A stretch of 64,000 nucleotides of DNA from Actinomycetota bacterium. GTDB taxonomy: Bacteria > Actinomycetota > CADDZG01 > JAHWKV01. The stretch is from positions 7,252-71,251 of the forward strand of contig JBPCIX010000013.1 in NCBI GenBank assembly GCA_051005875.1. Reading direction: 5' to 3'. This document shows, in pieces, positions 1-15,495 of the stretch. Under the pieces are notes generated by a model. It had not been told where the DNA came from, searched no databases, and worked only from the letters and a program-made list of their open reading frames with translations. The stretch's first letter is position 1; the number at the start of each line of letters is the position of its first letter. A program made the translations under genes and the position numbers.

Positions 1-80
1 CCCGGTGCTTTGCAGCCGTCTCGGGGCCGAAGAGTCGGCTCGAAACGCAGTCACCACCCCCAACTCAGGCGGTTTTTATT

Positions 81-120
81 TTTGAACCCGTTAAACAACT
101 TTTGAACCCGTTAGACAACT
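81..120. repeat. 20-bp tandem duplication upstream of rpoC
   Basis: TTTGAACCCGTTAAACAACT followed by TTTGAACCCGTTAGACAACT (1 mismatch), immediately before the AAGGAGG Shine-Dalgarno. Confidence 0.85.
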
Positions 121-135
121 AAGGAGGCAACTGGC

Positions 136-4014
<3,879 letters not shown>

Positions 4015-4048
4015 TACCAGAAACCACTCGATGCTCTAGGATGGGGCC

Positions 4049-4423
4049 ATGCCAACAATTCAGCAGCTAGTTCGCCATGGGCGAAAAGGAACACGTACCA
4101 AACAAAAGACGCCTGCACTCAAGGGGTCTCCGCAGCGACGCGGGGTTTGCACGGTCGTAAAAACTCAGACTCCAAAAAAACCTAACTCAGCTCTTCGAAA
4201 GGTCGCTCGTGTGCGTTTGTCGTCGGGTATCGAGGTAAGCGCCTACATTCCCGGCATCGGCCACAACCTCCAGGAGCACTCAATCGTGCTCGTGCGAGGG
4301 GGCCGCGTGAAGGATCTTCCCGGTTTCCGGTACAAGATCGTTCGCGGCAGCCTCGACACCGCTGGTGTTCGCGGCAGGGCCCAAGCTCGCAGCCGTTACG
4401 GCGCGAAGAAAGACTCGAAGTAA
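4049..4423 (+). CDS. rpsL: 30S ribosomal protein S12
   Basis: [29 protein letters not shown]. Confidence 0.99.
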   Translation: MPTIQQLVRHGRKGTRTKQKTPALKGSPQRRGVCTVVKTQTPKKPNSALRKVARVRLSSGIEVSAYIPGIGHNLQEHSIVLVRGGRVKDLPGFRYKIVRGSLDTAGVRGRAQARSRYGAKKDSK

Positions 4424-4894
4424 TTGCCTAGAAAAGGTCCCGCTACAAAACGGATGCCGGTCGAGGATCCCGTTTATCACAATGCAATGGTGACGCAGTT
4501 GATCAACCGGCTGATGCTGAGGGGCAAAAAGACGCTGGCCGAGAAGATCGTTTACGGCGCGCTGAAGATCGTTTCCGAAAAGACAGGCGGCGACCCGACC
4601 CAGACATTGCGCAAAGCCATTGAAAATGTCCGTCCCCTGCTGGAAGTGAAGTCTCGCCGGGTCGGCGGCGCCACCTACCAGGTGCCGGTAGAAGTTCCCC
4701 CACGCCGTGCCATGACCCTGGCTGTCAGGTGGATGGTCAACTTTTCCAGAGCCCGCCGCGAGCGCACTATGGCCGACCGCCTGGCTGGCGAGATAATGGA
4801 CGCCGCCAATGCAACGGGGGCCTCAGTAAAGCGCCGCGAAGACCTGCACAAAATGGCCGAAGCAAACAAGGCCTTCGCCCACTACCGCTGGTAA
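4424..4894 (+). CDS. rpsG: 30S ribosomal protein S7
   Basis: [28 protein letters not shown]. Confidence 0.99.
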   Translation: MPRKGPATKRMPVEDPVYHNAMVTQLINRLMLRGKKTLAEKIVYGALKIVSEKTGGDPTQTLRKAIENVRPLLEVKSRRVGGATYQVPVEVPPRRAMTLAVRWMVNFSRARRERTMADRLAGEIMDAANATGASVKRREDLHKMAEANKAFAHYRW

Positions 4895-5038
4895 ACGAAG
4901 CCTCCTGCACGCCGGAACGCAGCGCTCTGCGCTGCTTGCTGCGTTGCTCGTCGCATTGCGTACCGTCCGGCCTGACGGCCTCCGGAACTAGTACGCGGCG
5001 CTCCTCGCGCCTTGCCTCCGGAGTGCAGGAGGCTTCGT
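4895..5038 (+). repeat. Dispersed palindromic element, copy 1
   Basis: Perfect 16-bp inverted arms ACGAAGCCTCCTGCAC / GTGCAGGAGGCTTCGT; core GCTTGCTGCGTTG...ACGCGGCGCTCCTCGCGCCTTGC is shared with copies at 20383 and 53340. Confidence 0.8.
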
Positions 5039-5251
5039 GGCCCCTCCGGCCTGACGGCCTCCGGATTTAGCCTGGGGCAGGGGTGGGCCAAAACTGGTAA
5101 GGTGTTGGTTGTTCTAATCCACCCTCGGGTCCGCTTTCAGCGCGACTTTCGAGGACGGGAATCTGCACAGGCTAGAGGTAGGAATCTTATACATTGAGCA
5201 CAGTCAACCCGGAGATTTCGCAGACTTTTTAATCTGACGTGCGAAATTTTC

Positions 5252-5280
5252 GGGCCGGGAATCCCCCGGCCCTTTTTGTT
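5252..5280 (+). terminator. Intrinsic terminator-like hairpin in the fusA leader
   Basis: GGGCCGGG-aatcc-CCCGGCCC followed by TTTTTGTT, about 20 nt before the fusA start. Confidence 0.6.
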
Positions 5281-5300
5281 GGCTGAATAACAACTTTTGG

Positions 5301-7442
5301 ATGGTGACAATGGCAACCGATACGGCAGAGGCAAACCCAACCGAGGCAGCTAAGGCTTCGCCTTTCCGCGAGTTCCCCCTTGCCCGCATCCGCAACATCG
5401 GCATCATGGCCCACATTGACGCCGGCAAGACCACCACAACCGAACGAATCCTCTATTACACCGGCAGGACCTACAAGATCGGTGAAGTTCACGAGGGCTC
5501 GGCCGTTATGGACTGGATGGCCCAAGAGCAAGAGCGTGGTATCACCATCACCTCGGCCGCCACCACCACTCAGTGGAAGGGCGATTGGATCAACATCATC
5601 GACACTCCCGGCCACGTTGACTTCACGGTCGAAGTCGAGCGCTCACTCAGGGTCCTAGACGGCGCGGTTGCTGTTTTCGACGCAGTCTCAGGCGTGGAAC
5701 CGCAAACCGAAACCGTCTGGCGCCAGGCCGACAGGTACCACGTGCCACGCATCTGTTTCATCAACAAGATGGACCGTCTGGGCGCCGATTTCTACAGGTC
5801 CGTCGAAATGATCAAAGAGCGTTTGGGTGGCCACCCACTGCCGGTCCAGATTCCGTGGGGAGCCGAGGGCGACTTCCACGGAGTAATCGACCTGCTTGCA
5901 ATGAAGGGTCGGTACTGGACCTCCGAAAAAGGCGAGGAGTGGGAGGACCGCGACATCCCCGAAGAGTTGATGGAAGAGGCCACTCACTGGCGGCATGAAC
6001 TTTACGAGGCTCTCGCTGAGTTCGATGAGGAAGTAATGGAGGCATACGTAGGCGGCGGCGAGGCTTCGGCCGAACACCTTAAGATGGCCCTTCGCAAAGC
6101 CACTTTGGCCAACCAGGCCCAGCCGGTTCTTTGCGGCAGCGCCTTTAAGAACAAGGGCGTCCAGCCGCTTCTCGATGCCGTTGTTGATTTCCTGCCCTCG
6201 CCCGCAGATGTTCCCCCTGTCGTCGGTGAGCACCCCCGTACAGGCGAAGAGGTCATCCGCAAGCCCGAAGATTTCGAGCCTTTCAGCGCCCTTGCCTTCA
6301 AGATAATGTCCGATCCACACGTCGGCCGTATCACTTACATTCGAGTGTATTCAGGCACATTAAAGAGCGGCGGCGCCATGCTGAACGCCACCCGCGACCG
6401 CAAAGAACGAGCCGGGCGGCTGCTGCAAATGCACGCTAACCATCGCGAGGACAAAGAGCAGACCATGACCGGCGACATCGTGGCCGTGGTTGGTCTGAAG
6501 CAAACGTTTACGGGCGACACCCTTTGCGACCCGGACAATCCGGTTCGCCTGGAATCCCCCACTTTTGCCCAGCCCGTCATTTCCATGGCAATCGAGCCCA
6601 AAACGAAGATGGACCAGGACCGCCTCGCCACTGCGCTGCAGCGTCTTTCTGAAGAGGACCCAACCTTCATTATCCACTCAGACAAAGAAACCGGCCAGAC
6701 AATCATCGCCGGAATGGGCGAATTGCATCTCGACGTTTTGATAGATCGCATGACCAGGGAATTCAACGTCGACGCAAACGTAGGCAAGCCCCAGGTGGCA
6801 TATCGTGAGACGATCACCAAGACTGTCACCAAGCACGTCACCCGCTACATCAAGCAAACCGGCGGCAAGGGCCAATTCGGCCACGTCGAAATAAATCTGG
6901 AGCCTACGGGCCCCGGCGGCGGCTACGAATTCGTCAACAAGATCAAAGGCGGCTCTATCCCGAGCGAATTCATCCCCTCGGTCGACGAAGGAATGCAAGA
7001 AGCCATGGCCTCGGGGGTGCTGGCCGGCTACCCGCTCGAGGACCTCCGGGTAACCCTTACCGACGGATCCGCTCACGACGTCGACTCTTCAGAAATGTCG
7101 TTCAAGATCACCGGCTCCATCGCCCTGAAAGAGGCAGCCCGCAAGGCATCGCCGGTGCTGCTCGAGCCGATCATGGATGTTGAGGTTGTGACCCCTCAAG
7201 ACTTTATGGGCGAAGTAATGGGCGACTTGAACTCACGCCGCGGCCGTATCGAAAAGATGGAGAACCGGGGAGTTACCCAGGTAATCCGGGCGCAAGTTCC
7301 CCTGGCGCAAATGTTTGGCTACTCGACGGATCTCCGCAGCAACACCCAGGGCCGGGCTACCTACACAATGCAGTTTCACTCCTACCAACAAGTTCCTCGC
7401 TCACTTGCAGAGGAAATCATTAAGAAAATTCGAGGAGAGTAA
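5301..7442 (+). CDS. fusA: Elongation factor G
   Basis: [37 protein letters not shown]; start could instead be the ATG at 5310. Confidence 0.99.
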   Translation: MVTMATDTAEANPTEAAKASPFREFPLARIRNIGIMAHIDAGKTTTTERILYYTGRTYKIGEVHEGSAVMDWMAQEQERGITITSAATTTQWKGDWINIIDTPGHVDFTVEVERSLRVLDGAVAVFDAVSGVEPQTETVWRQADRYHVPRICFINKMDRLGADFYRSVEMIKERLGGHPLPVQIPWGAEGDFHGVIDLLAMKGRYWTSEKGEEWEDRDIPEELMEEATHWRHELYEALAEFDEEVMEAYVGGGEASAEHLKMALRKATLANQAQPVLCGSAFKNKGVQPLLDAVVDFLPSPADVPPVVGEHPRTGEEVIRKPEDFEPFSALAFKIMSDPHVGRITYIRVYSGTLKSGGAMLNATRDRKERAGRLLQMHANHREDKEQTMTGDIVAVVGLKQTFTGDTLCDPDNPVRLESPTFAQPVISMAIEPKTKMDQDRLATALQRLSEEDPTFIIHSDKETGQTIIAGMGELHLDVLIDRMTREFNVDANVGKPQVAYRETITKTVTKHVTRYIKQTGGKGQFGHVEINLEPTGPGGGYEFVNKIKGGSIPSEFIPSVDEGMQEAMASGVLAGYPLEDLRVTLTDGSAHDVDSSEMSFKITGSIALKEAARKASPVLLEPIMDVEVVTPQDFMGEVMGDLNSRRGRIEKMENRGVTQVIRAQVPLAQMFGYSTDLRSNTQGRATYTMQFHSYQQVPRSLAEEIIKKIRGE

Positions 7443-7748
7443 GTGGCCCAAAAGATTCGAATCAAGCTTAAGGCCTACGATCACGAGATCATCGATCAAA
7501 GCGCCCGCAAGATCGTCGATACTGCCACCCGGACCGGCGCCAGCGTGTGCGGACCTGTGCCTTTGCCGACGAGGATCGAAAAGTTTGCCGTCATCCGCTC
7601 GCCTTTCAAAGACAAAGACTCCCGAGAGCACTTCGAAATGAGAACTCACAAGCGAATAATCGACATCGTCGACCCGACGCCAAAAACAGTGGATTCGCTG
7701 ATGCGCCTCGACCTCCCCGCAGGAGTAGATATTGAGCTGAAGCTCTGA
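7443..7748 (+). CDS. rpsJ: 30S ribosomal protein S10
   Basis: [31 protein letters not shown]. Confidence 0.99.
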   Translation: MAQKIRIKLKAYDHEIIDQSARKIVDTATRTGASVCGPVPLPTRIEKFAVIRSPFKDKDSREHFEMRTHKRIIDIVDPTPKTVDSLMRLDLPAGVDIELKL

Positions 7749-8398
7749 TGGCAACCATTACGAAGGGCCTTTTGGGCGAGAAAGTGGGCATGACTCAGGT
7801 TTTTGACGACCAGTCGCGGGTTGTTCCCGTAACGGTCATAAAGGCCGGCCCTTGCCGGGTTTCGCAGATCAAGACCACTGAGAAAGACGGTTACTCATCT
7901 ATTCAGCTGTCTTTTGGCGAAGTCGCCGAAAAGCGGATTACGCAACCTGAGCTTGGGCATTTGAAAAAGGCCGGAGTGCCCGCTGCACGACACCTCGTCG
8001 AGCTTCGTTTGGCCGATGTCAGCGGCTTTCAGCTTGGGCAAGAAGTAAAAGCCGATATTTTCGCCAAGGGCGACCGCGCCGATGTGGTGGGGGTCTCGAA
8101 GGGCAAAGGATTCGCCGGAGCGATGAAGCGCCATAACTTTAAGGGCAAATCGGCCACCCACGGCACCGAGCGCAAGCATCGGTCCCCCGGCTCCGTCGGC
8201 GCCTGCGCCACTCCTTCGAGAGTGTTCAAGGGCATGCGGATGGCGGGTCACATGGGTGACGAGCGCGTAACCATGCTAAACCTCGAAATCATTGACGCCG
8301 ATGCCGATCGTGGCCTCCTGTTGGTTCGCGGCGCCATCCCGGGTCCAAACGGCGGCTTGGTAGTAATCCGCTCATCGGTTCGGGGGAACGGAAATTGA
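7748..8398 (+). CDS. rplC: 50S ribosomal protein L3
   Basis: [38 protein letters not shown]. Confidence 0.98.
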   Translation: MATITKGLLGEKVGMTQVFDDQSRVVPVTVIKAGPCRVSQIKTTEKDGYSSIQLSFGEVAEKRITQPELGHLKKAGVPAARHLVELRLADVSGFQLGQEVKADIFAKGDRADVVGVSKGKGFAGAMKRHNFKGKSATHGTERKHRSPGSVGACATPSRVFKGMRMAGHMGDERVTMLNLEIIDADADRGLLLVRGAIPGPNGGLVVIRSSVRGNGN

Positions 8399-9024
8399 GC
8401 GCCCAAGCTAACTTTTTCGACGAGAAGGGCGCCAAAAAGACGATTGACCTGCCAGCCGACGTCTTCTCTGCGCCGGTCAACATGCCTGCGCTTCACGAGG
8501 CCGTTCGCAGCCGCTTGGCTGCCGTTCGCGCCGGAACTTCTTCAACAAAAACTCGTGCCGAAGTCCGAGGCGGCGGCGTAAAGCCGTGGCGCCAAAAGGG
8601 CACAGGGCGCGCCCGCCACGGTTCCACCCGAGAGCCCCAATGGGTTGGCGGTGGCGTTGCTCACGGCCCCCGGCCCGGTAGGCGCAAATTGCGTGTCAAT
8701 AAGAAGGCCCGAGCCTTGGCTCTTCGATCCGCACTGACCGACCGCGCCGGACAGGGTCAGATAGTTGTTGTGGATATGCCGGCCTTCGATACACCCAAGA
8801 CCAAGCGGGCGGCCGAACTGCTCACCAATTGGGGAGCGGAAGGCAAGTCTCTTATTGTGTTCAGCCCCGATGAGATGCAAGCCCACCTGAATGCATGGCG
8901 GTCATTTAGAAACCTGCCCTTGGCGCTGCCCGTTGTAGCGCCCGCAACCTACACGGTCCTCGAAGCCGAAACGGTCATATTTACGAAAAAAGCACTCGAC
9001 GCGCTTAGCAAGGCGCCGGCATGA
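8395..9024 (+). CDS. rplD: 50S ribosomal protein L4
   Basis: [27 protein letters not shown]. Confidence 0.98.
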   Translation: MSAQANFFDEKGAKKTIDLPADVFSAPVNMPALHEAVRSRLAAVRAGTSSTKTRAEVRGGGVKPWRQKGTGRARHGSTREPQWVGGGVAHGPRPGRRKLRVNKKARALALRSALTDRAGQGQIVVVDMPAFDTPKTKRAAELLTNWGAEGKSLIVFSPDEMQAHLNAWRSFRNLPLALPVVAPATYTVLEAETVIFTKKALDALSKAPA

Positions 9025-9308
9025 CCAACCCCCGCGACATAATTATTCGGCCGGTTATCAGCGAAAAATCGCACGGCCTGATCGACGCCAACACCTACAC
9101 CTTCATCGTCGATCCCCGGGCCCGCAAGACCGAGATTCGCCAGGCGGTCGAGCAGATCTGGGGAGTCAAAGTGGTCGACGTGAATACGCTGAACCGAAAG
9201 GGCAAGGTCAAGCGCAACCGCCTTGTCACCGGCCAGCGCCCCAACACCAAGCGCGCGGTCGTGCGACTTGCTGAGGGCGACAAAATTGAAATCTTCGAAA
9301 CCAAGTAA
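9021..9308 (+). CDS. rplW: 50S ribosomal protein L23
   Basis: [19 protein letters not shown]; position in S10 operon. Confidence 0.97.
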   Translation: MTNPRDIIIRPVISEKSHGLIDANTYTFIVDPRARKTEIRQAVEQIWGVKVVDVNTLNRKGKVKRNRLVTGQRPNTKRAVVRLAEGDKIEIFETK

Positions 9309-9319
9309 GAGGGCTCGTA

Positions 9320-10150
9320 ATGGCAGTTAGAAAATCCAAACCCACAACGCCCGGGCGACGCGGCGCTTCATATTCCGATTTTTCGGAAATCACACGCGAT
9401 CATCCAGAACGCTCCCTTGTAAAGCCCAAGCCGAAAAAGGCCGGCCGTAACGCCCATGGGCGGATCACTACTCGGCGTCAAGGTGGCGGCCACAAGCAAA
9501 GGTACCGGGTCATCGATTTCCGCCGGGAGAAGGACGGCGTTCCCGCTCGCGTTGCCCAAATTGAATACGACCCCAACCGCAACTGCCGGATAGCCCTGCT
9601 GAACTACGCCGACGGCGAAAAGCGTTACATTCTGGCGGCCAACGGCCTCGTTGTGGGCACGCAGCTGGCAAACGGTCCCGCCGCCGAAATAAAGGTCGGA
9701 AACGCTCTGCCGTTGCGCAACATTCCAGTGGGCACAGTGGTTCATAACGTAGAGCTGAAGCCGAGCGGTGGCGGCAAAATGGCCCGTTCAGCAGGAATGT
9801 CGGTGCAGTTGGTCGCCAAACAAGGCGACACCGCAACGCTCAGACTTCCATCGGGCGAGGTCCGCCAGGTCCCCATGGATTGCAGGGCCACAGTGGGCGA
9901 GGTCGGCAATGCGGAGCACGAGTTGATAACCTTAGGGAAAGCAGGCAGGGCACGCTGGAAGAACCGGCGCCCCAAAGTCCGCGGCGTTGCAATGAACCCG
10001 GTCGATCACCCTCTGGGCGGGGGCGAAGGCAAAGCTTCCGGAGGACGCCATCCAACCTCTCCCTGGGGCAAACCCGAGGGCAGGACAAGACGCAAAACGA
10101 AATATTCCGACGACAAAATTCTGCGGCGACGCGGAAGCAAGCGAGGGTAA
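9320..10150 (+). CDS. rplB: 50S ribosomal protein L2
   Basis: [24 protein letters not shown]. Confidence 0.99.
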   Translation: MAVRKSKPTTPGRRGASYSDFSEITRDHPERSLVKPKPKKAGRNAHGRITTRRQGGGHKQRYRVIDFRREKDGVPARVAQIEYDPNRNCRIALLNYADGEKRYILAANGLVVGTQLANGPAAEIKVGNALPLRNIPVGTVVHNVELKPSGGGKMARSAGMSVQLVAKQGDTATLRLPSGEVRQVPMDCRATVGEVGNAEHELITLGKAGRARWKNRRPKVRGVAMNPVDHPLGGGEGKASGGRHPTSPWGKPEGRTRRKTKYSDDKILRRRGSKRG

Positions 10151-10156
10151 ACAGCT

Positions 10157-10441
10157 TTGCCAAGATCACTTAAGAAGGGTCCGTTTGTCGACGACCATTT
10201 GTTAAAGAAGGTCGACGAGCAAAACAAAACCGGCGAAAAGCGCGTAATTAAGACGTGGTCGCGCAGATCAACCTTGATCCCCGACATGGTGGGCCATACC
10301 ATCGCCGTCCACGATGGCCGCAAGCACGTGCCCGTCTACGTCACAGAATCTATGGTCGGTCACAAGCTCGGCGAGTTTGCCCTCACCCGGACCTTCCGTT
10401 CGCACGGGCACCACACTGAAAAGAGCACGAGGCTTAAATGA
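10157..10441 (+). CDS. rpsS: 30S ribosomal protein S19
   Basis: [21 protein letters not shown]. Confidence 0.99.
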   Translation: MPRSLKKGPFVDDHLLKKVDEQNKTGEKRVIKTWSRRSTLIPDMVGHTIAVHDGRKHVPVYVTESMVGHKLGEFALTRTFRSHGHHTEKSTRLK

Positions 10442-10908
10442 ATCCTGCACAAGCGCAAGTTACGGCCAAGGCGCGCTTTATCCGAATGAGCGCCTACAAA
10501 GCCAGAGAGTCGGCTCAGCTGATTCGCGGCAAGCACGTCGACGAGGCGCGCCGGATTTTGGCCTTTACCCCAAAAGCAGCGGCCCGGGCTATTTCGAAAG
10601 TTCTTGAAGCCGCCATATCCAACGCCGAGCACAACTTTCAGATCCCCCAGGAAGAGCTTTACGTCAAGATCGCAAGCGCCGACGAAGGCATGACCATCAA
10701 GCGGTTCCGCCCTCGGGCCCAAGGCAGGGGCTACCGCATTCGTAAGCGCACCTGCCACATCAACCTGACACTCGAGCGAATGCCCGAAACTGCTGTTCCC
10801 GAGGCCCGTCCGCGCAGAGCCCAAAAAGCCAAATCGCGCCAATCAACCAGCTCAGGTTCATCAGCCAAATCGGATCAATCAGGCCAATCAGAAGGGCAAA
10901 AAAGCTAA
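10438..10908 (+). CDS. rplV: 50S ribosomal protein L22 (C-terminal S/Q/K-rich tail)
   Basis: [19 protein letters not shown]. Confidence 0.97.
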   Translation: MNPAQAQVTAKARFIRMSAYKARESAQLIRGKHVDEARRILAFTPKAAARAISKVLEAAISNAEHNFQIPQEELYVKIASADEGMTIKRFRPRAQGRGYRIRKRTCHINLTLERMPETAVPEARPRRAQKAKSRQSTSSGSSAKSDQSGQSEGQKS

Positions 10909-11669
10909 TGGGTCAAAAAGTACACCCCTACGGCTTTCGCCTTGGGATCGTCACAGATTGGAAGTCGCGGTGGTTCGCTACCGGCGCCCAGTACCAGGAC
11001 TACATCGAGCAGGACAACCTAACCCGTCGTTACCTTCAGGAGACTCTCCCCCACGCGGCTATCAGCAGGGTTGAAATCGAACGCACGCGTGAGCGCCTCC
11101 GGGTCACCGTACACACCGCCCGGCCGGGCATTGTCATCGGCCGCCGGGGCGCTCAGGCCGATGAAATACGCGAGTACCTTGAAAAGACCGAGGGCAAGGC
11201 AGCCAAAGCCCAAACGGGCAAGGCGATCAATGTTCAGGTCAACCTCGACATTGTTGAAGTGAAGTCGCCCGACGCCGACGCTCAACTGCTTTCGCAGGCT
11301 ATTGCCGAACAACTGGTTTCCCGAGTCGCCTTTCGACGGGCCATGCGCAAAGCTGTCAACACGGCGATTAAGGCAGGCGCCCAAGGCGTGAAAGTGCAGG
11401 CCTCCGGCCGCCTGGGTGGAGCGGAAATGAGCCGGCGCGAGGGTTACCACGAAGGCAAGGTGCCCCTTCACACGCTGCGGGCCGATATTGACTACGGTTT
11501 TTCCGAAGCTCGGACGACCGCCGGGGCAATCGGCGTAAAGGTTTGGATCTACAGAGGCGACGTGGTACCCGTCCGTGAAGTCAAACGCCGCCAGGCCGCT
11601 GCCGAAGCTGCGGGCTCAGCAGGAACCGCTACTGAATCCTCCCCACAAACCGCGGAGGTAAAAGCCTGA
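10908..11669 (+). CDS. rpsC: 30S ribosomal protein S3
   Basis: [35 protein letters not shown]. Confidence 0.99.
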   Translation: MGQKVHPYGFRLGIVTDWKSRWFATGAQYQDYIEQDNLTRRYLQETLPHAAISRVEIERTRERLRVTVHTARPGIVIGRRGAQADEIREYLEKTEGKAAKAQTGKAINVQVNLDIVEVKSPDADAQLLSQAIAEQLVSRVAFRRAMRKAVNTAIKAGAQGVKVQASGRLGGAEMSRREGYHEGKVPLHTLRADIDYGFSEARTTAGAIGVKVWIYRGDVVPVREVKRRQAAAEAAGSAGTATESSPQTAEVKA

Positions 11670-12085
11670 TGCTGATGCCCAAGCGAACTAAGTTTCGCAA
11701 ACAACACCGCGGCAAGCGTCGCGGCCTTTCCAAAGGCGGCACCACTGTGCATTTTGGAGATTACGGTCTTCAGGCCCTGGAGTGCGGCTGGATTACCAAC
11801 CGCCAGATCGAGTCGGCCCGGGTAGCGATCACCCGTCACGTAAGACGTGGCGGCCGGGTCTGGATAAATATTTTTCCCGACAAGCCATTCACCAAGAAGC
11901 CGGCCGAAACCCGAATGGGCTCCGGCAAGGGCAACCCCGAAGGTTGGGTCGCCGTTGTGAAGCCCGGCAGAGTCATGTTCGAGCTAACCGGTGTTTCTGA
12001 AGCCGCAGCGAAAGAAGCCATGCGGCTTGCCGGCCACAAGTTGCCGATCAAATGCCGCTTTGTGCAACGCGAGGAGGGGGCATAG
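11669..12085 (+). CDS. rplP: 50S ribosomal protein L16
   Basis: [20 protein letters not shown]. Confidence 0.99.
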   Translation: MLMPKRTKFRKQHRGKRRGLSKGGTTVHFGDYGLQALECGWITNRQIESARVAITRHVRRGGRVWINIFPDKPFTKKPAETRMGSGKGNPEGWVAVVKPGRVMFELTGVSEAAAKEAMRLAGHKLPIKCRFVQREEGA

Positions 12086-12505
12086 ATGGCTACGAAGTTG
12101 AAGTCCTATGAGTTGCGCGAGCACAGCTCGGATGATCTCACCCACAAACTGGCCGAAGAGAAAGAGGAGTTTTTCAATCTTAGGTTTCAAAACGCCACCG
12201 GCCAGCTCGAGAACTACGGTCAGCTTCAACGAGTTAAGCGCAACATTGCCCGCATCGAGACCATAATCCGGGAGCGGGACCTTGGGATAGAAGACGAAAC
12301 CGGTGGTGCCTCCGAATCGCCCGGCCCGAGTTCTGTAAAATCCGAAAAAAAGGCCAGAAGGTGGGGGTCCAAAAAGGTCGAAGACGCTCCTGAGGACGCA
12401 ACCGTCCTTGATGATAAATCCGAGGACGCAACCGTCCTTGATGATAAATCCGAGGACGCAACGCCCGAAGCCGGGCTAGAAAGCAAGCAGAAGACCGATG
12501 ACTAA
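12086..12505 (+). CDS. rpmC: 50S ribosomal protein L29 with acidic C-terminal extension
   Basis: [16 protein letters not shown]...[11 protein letters not shown]; about 70 extra residues. Confidence 0.95.
   Translation: MATKLKSYELREHSSDDLTHKLAEEKEEFFNLRFQNATGQLENYGQLQRVKRNIARIETIIRERDLGIEDETGGASESPGPSSVKSEKKARRWGSKKVEDAPEDATVLDDKSEDATVLDDKSEDATPEAGLESKQKTDD
12392..12462 (+). repeat. 30-bp in-frame tandem repeat ([10 protein letters not shown] x2.4) in rpmC
   Basis: GAGGACGCAACCGTCCTTGATGATAAATCC twice plus a partial copy. Confidence 0.9.
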
Positions 12506-12755
12506 AAGAGGACAACGTAAGTCCCGAGTGGGCATGGTCGTGGGTGACGCCATGGACAAGACGGTTGTGGTCAACATTGAGCAGACCGTTAAGCACCCTC
12601 TCTACGGGAAAATTTACAAGCGCAACTCCAAGTTGCAGGCTCACGACGAAACCAATGACGCCAAGACCGGCGACAAGGTGCGCGTCATGGAGACCCGCCC
12701 AATTTCGAAAACAAAGCGGTGGCGGGTCACCGAGATAATGGAGCGCGCTAAGTGA
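12498..12755 (+). CDS. rpsQ: 30S ribosomal protein S17
   Basis: [24 protein letters not shown]. Confidence 0.98.
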   Translation: MTKRGQRKSRVGMVVGDAMDKTVVVNIEQTVKHPLYGKIYKRNSKLQAHDETNDAKTGDKVRVMETRPISKTKRWRVTEIMERAK

Positions 12756-13120
12756 TCCAGAGCGAAAGCCGGGTTCGCGTCGCCGACAACACAGGCGCCA
12801 GGCAGGTGCTTGTGATCAAGGTTCTAGGCGGCTCCAGCAGGCGCTACGCCTCGGTCGGCGACATCGTGGTCGGCACCGTCAAAGACGCCCTGCCAAATCA
12901 GGCCGTCAAAAGAGGCGAGGTAGTCAAGTGTGTTGTTGTTCGAACCGCCAAGCAAAAGCGCCGCAGTGACGGAAGCTATATTCGCTTTGACGACAACGCT
13001 GTCGTGCTCATCAACGAGCAACGCAACCCCCGGGGAACCCGCGTTTTTGGGCCGGTCGCTCGTGAGCTGCGCGACAAAAAGTTCATGAAAATTGTTTCTC
13101 TCGCTCCAGAGGTGCTGTAG
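12752..13120 (+). CDS. rplN: 50S ribosomal protein L14
   Basis: [26 protein letters not shown]. Confidence 0.99.
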   Translation: MIQSESRVRVADNTGARQVLVIKVLGGSSRRYASVGDIVVGTVKDALPNQAVKRGEVVKCVVVRTAKQKRRSDGSYIRFDDNAVVLINEQRNPRGTRVFGPVARELRDKKFMKIVSLAPEVL

Positions 13121-13440
13121 TGGCCAAGATCATTAAGGGTGACCGCGTGAAAGTTCTATCCGGCAAGGACGCCGGCAAAGAAGGCCGCGTCATCACGGTT
13201 TACCCGGCCAAGAAAAAGGCCCTCGTTGAGGGCGTCAACCGGGCAACACGGCACGAAAAAGTCCGCCCGGCGCGTGGCCGCGCTGGCCAGGAAGGTGGCA
13301 TCGTCGTCAAGGAGATGCCGCTCGACCTTTCAAACGTTGCGCTCATCTGCAAAACAGATGGTCCAACGCGGGTCGGGTTTCGAATCGAGCCCGACGGCAG
13401 CAAAGTGAGGATTTGCAAGAAGTGCGGGGCTGAGCTTTGA
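13120..13440 (+). CDS. rplX: 50S ribosomal protein L24
   Basis: KOW motif [22 protein letters not shown]. Confidence 0.98.
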   Translation: MAKIIKGDRVKVLSGKDAGKEGRVITVYPAKKKALVEGVNRATRHEKVRPARGRAGQEGGIVVKEMPLDLSNVALICKTDGPTRVGFRIEPDGSKVRICKKCGAEL

Positions 13441-13988
13441 GCGGCTACACTCCCCGGCTCAAGCAGCGCTACAACGACGAGATCGGCCGCAAACTTGCCG
13501 ATAACTTGGGCGTCAACATCATGGCTGCTCCGCGGCTTTCCAAGATCTGCGTCAACATGGGCGTTGGCGACGTTATCTCTGAAAAAAATGCGCTCGAAGA
13601 TGCTCTCGGTGACCTAAAAATCATTACAGGTCAAAAGCCGTTGGTGACAAAAGCGAAAAAGTCGGTGGCCGCGTTCAAGCTGCGCGAGGGGGTCGAGATC
13701 GGCGCCAAGGTTACGCTTCGGGGCGACAGAGCATGGGACTTCTTCGATCGGCTGATTACCTTGGCCATTCCAAGGATCCGGGACTTTCGGGGACTGTCAC
13801 CTAAGGGCTTCGACGGCAGGGGCAACTATACTTTTGGGGTTAACGACCAAACGATCTTTCCCGAGATCGAGTACGACAAGATCGGCAAGACCCGCGGGAT
13901 GGACATAACGGTGGTAACGACCGCCACGAATAACGAGCAAGGCAAAATGTTCCTATCCGCATACGGATTTCCATTCAAACAACAATGA
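13437..13988 (+). CDS. rplE: 50S ribosomal protein L5
   Basis: [27 protein letters not shown]. Confidence 0.99.
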   Translation: MSGYTPRLKQRYNDEIGRKLADNLGVNIMAAPRLSKICVNMGVGDVISEKNALEDALGDLKIITGQKPLVTKAKKSVAAFKLREGVEIGAKVTLRGDRAWDFFDRLITLAIPRIRDFRGLSPKGFDGRGNYTFGVNDQTIFPEIEYDKIGKTRGMDITVVTTATNNEQGKMFLSAYGFPFKQQ

Positions 13989-14011
13989 TGAAACGGGAAG
14001 GCTAAGGCACA

Positions 14012-14197
14012 GTGGCTAAGAAGGCGTTGGTAAACAAATCAAAAGAAGTCCCTAAGTTCAAGGTGCGCGCATACTTTCGTTGCCGGCGCTGTGGACGGCC
14101 GCGCGGCTATCTGCGGAAGTTCGGAATGTGCCGTTTGTGCGTGCGCGAACTGGCTCACCGAGGCGAACTTCCCGGAATAACGAAATCAAGCTGGTAA
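14012..14197 (+). CDS. rpsZ: 30S ribosomal protein S14, type Z (zinc-binding)
   Basis: 61 aa, CRRCGRPR...[12 protein letters not shown]. Confidence 0.97.
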   Translation: MAKKALVNKSKEVPKFKVRAYFRCRRCGRPRGYLRKFGMCRLCVRELAHRGELPGITKSSW

Positions 14198-14210
14198 ACG
14201 GAGTTTTTAG

Positions 14211-14609
14211 ATGACAATGACAGATCCAATCGCCGATATGCTCAGCCGAATTCGGAATGCCACCACGGCATCCCACGATTCACTCGATGTCCCCGCATCT
14301 AAGCAAAAGCTGGCAATTGCCCGCCTTTTGAAGGAAGAAGGCTACATCGAGGAGTTCGAGACTACCCCCGGCAACCCCGGAGAGTTGATCCGCATTACTT
14401 TGAAGTACGCCGCCGATAGGTCGAAGACAATCCACGGGCTGAGAAGAATCTCGAAGCCGGGCCTGAGGGTGTATGCAAGAGCCAACGAGATTCCAAAGGT
14501 ACTCGGTGGCATGGGAGTGCCGATTATTTCAACATCCGCCGGGATGATGACCGGTAAACGCGCCTCGCGCGAAAAACTCGGCGGCGAAGTAATTGCCTTC
14601 GTCTGGTGA
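14211..14609 (+). CDS. rpsH: 30S ribosomal protein S8
   Basis: [25 protein letters not shown]. Confidence 0.99.
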   Translation: MTMTDPIADMLSRIRNATTASHDSLDVPASKQKLAIARLLKEEGYIEEFETTPGNPGELIRITLKYAADRSKTIHGLRRISKPGLRVYARANEIPKVLGGMGVPIISTSAGMMTGKRASREKLGGEVIAFVW

Positions 14610-15142
14610 GTAGAATCGGAAGGGCCCCCATAGCAGTGCCGGCCGGAGTGGAAATTGACCTTAAGCCGGGCCATGTCCGCGTCAAAGGGCCTAAGGGCAC
14701 GCTTGAACGGACCCTGCCCGAAGAAATGTCCCTTTCTCAGCAGGACGGGCAGATTCTAGTTACGCGGCCCACCGATTCTGGCCCTCATCGATCTTTGCAC
14801 GGCCTCACTCGAACCCTCGTGGCAAATATGGTCGACGGCGTCACGCAGGGCTTTGAAAAACAACTGGAAATCCATGGGGTCGGCTACCGAGCCACGCTTA
14901 AGGGCGCCGGGCTTGAACTCACCCTGGGCTACTCGCACTTGATCGAGTATCCTGCTCCTAACGGCATAAGTTTTGAAGTTCCCGTGCCGACGCGGATCAC
15001 GGTCCGTGGAACGGACAAGCAACTCGTCGGGCAAGTCGCCGCAGAGATCAGAGCCTTGCGCAAACCCGATCCCTACAAGCAAAAGGGTGTGCGTTACGCG
15101 GGCGAACATATTAGGAAGAAAGCAGGAAAGACGGCCAAATGA
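14606..15142 (+). CDS. rplF: 50S ribosomal protein L6
   Basis: [25 protein letters not shown]. Confidence 0.99.
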   Translation: MSRIGRAPIAVPAGVEIDLKPGHVRVKGPKGTLERTLPEEMSLSQQDGQILVTRPTDSGPHRSLHGLTRTLVANMVDGVTQGFEKQLEIHGVGYRATLKGAGLELTLGYSHLIEYPAPNGISFEVPVPTRITVRGTDKQLVGQVAAEIRALRKPDPYKQKGVRYAGEHIRKKAGKTAK

Positions 15143-15495
15143 AGAACACCTCGAAAGCAAGGCAGATTCGTCACCGGCGGGTTCGCAAGCGGATCTCTGG
15201 ATCTGCAGAACGTCCGCGCCTGGCCGTGTTTCGCAGCAACCGTCATCTGTACGCGCAATTGATCAACGATCTGGACGGCCGCACTATTGTTTCAGCCTCG
15301 ACCATGGATCCGGCCCTGAAATCCAACGACAAGAACGCCACATCCGACGCAGCCGTCAAGGTGGGCAAGTTGGTCGCCGAACGGGCTCTTGAAAAAGGCG
15401 TGAAGACCGTAGTCTTCGACCGGGGCGGCTTTAGGTTCCACGGGCGGATCAAGGCTCTTGCCGATGCCGCCCGCGAGCAAGGTCTGTCCTTTTGA
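15139..15495 (+). CDS. rplR: 50S ribosomal protein L18
   Basis: [24 protein letters not shown]. Confidence 0.99.
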   Translation: MKNTSKARQIRHRRVRKRISGSAERPRLAVFRSNRHLYAQLINDLDGRTIVSASTMDPALKSNDKNATSDAAVKVGKLVAERALEKGVKTVVFDRGGFRFHGRIKALADAAREQGLSF

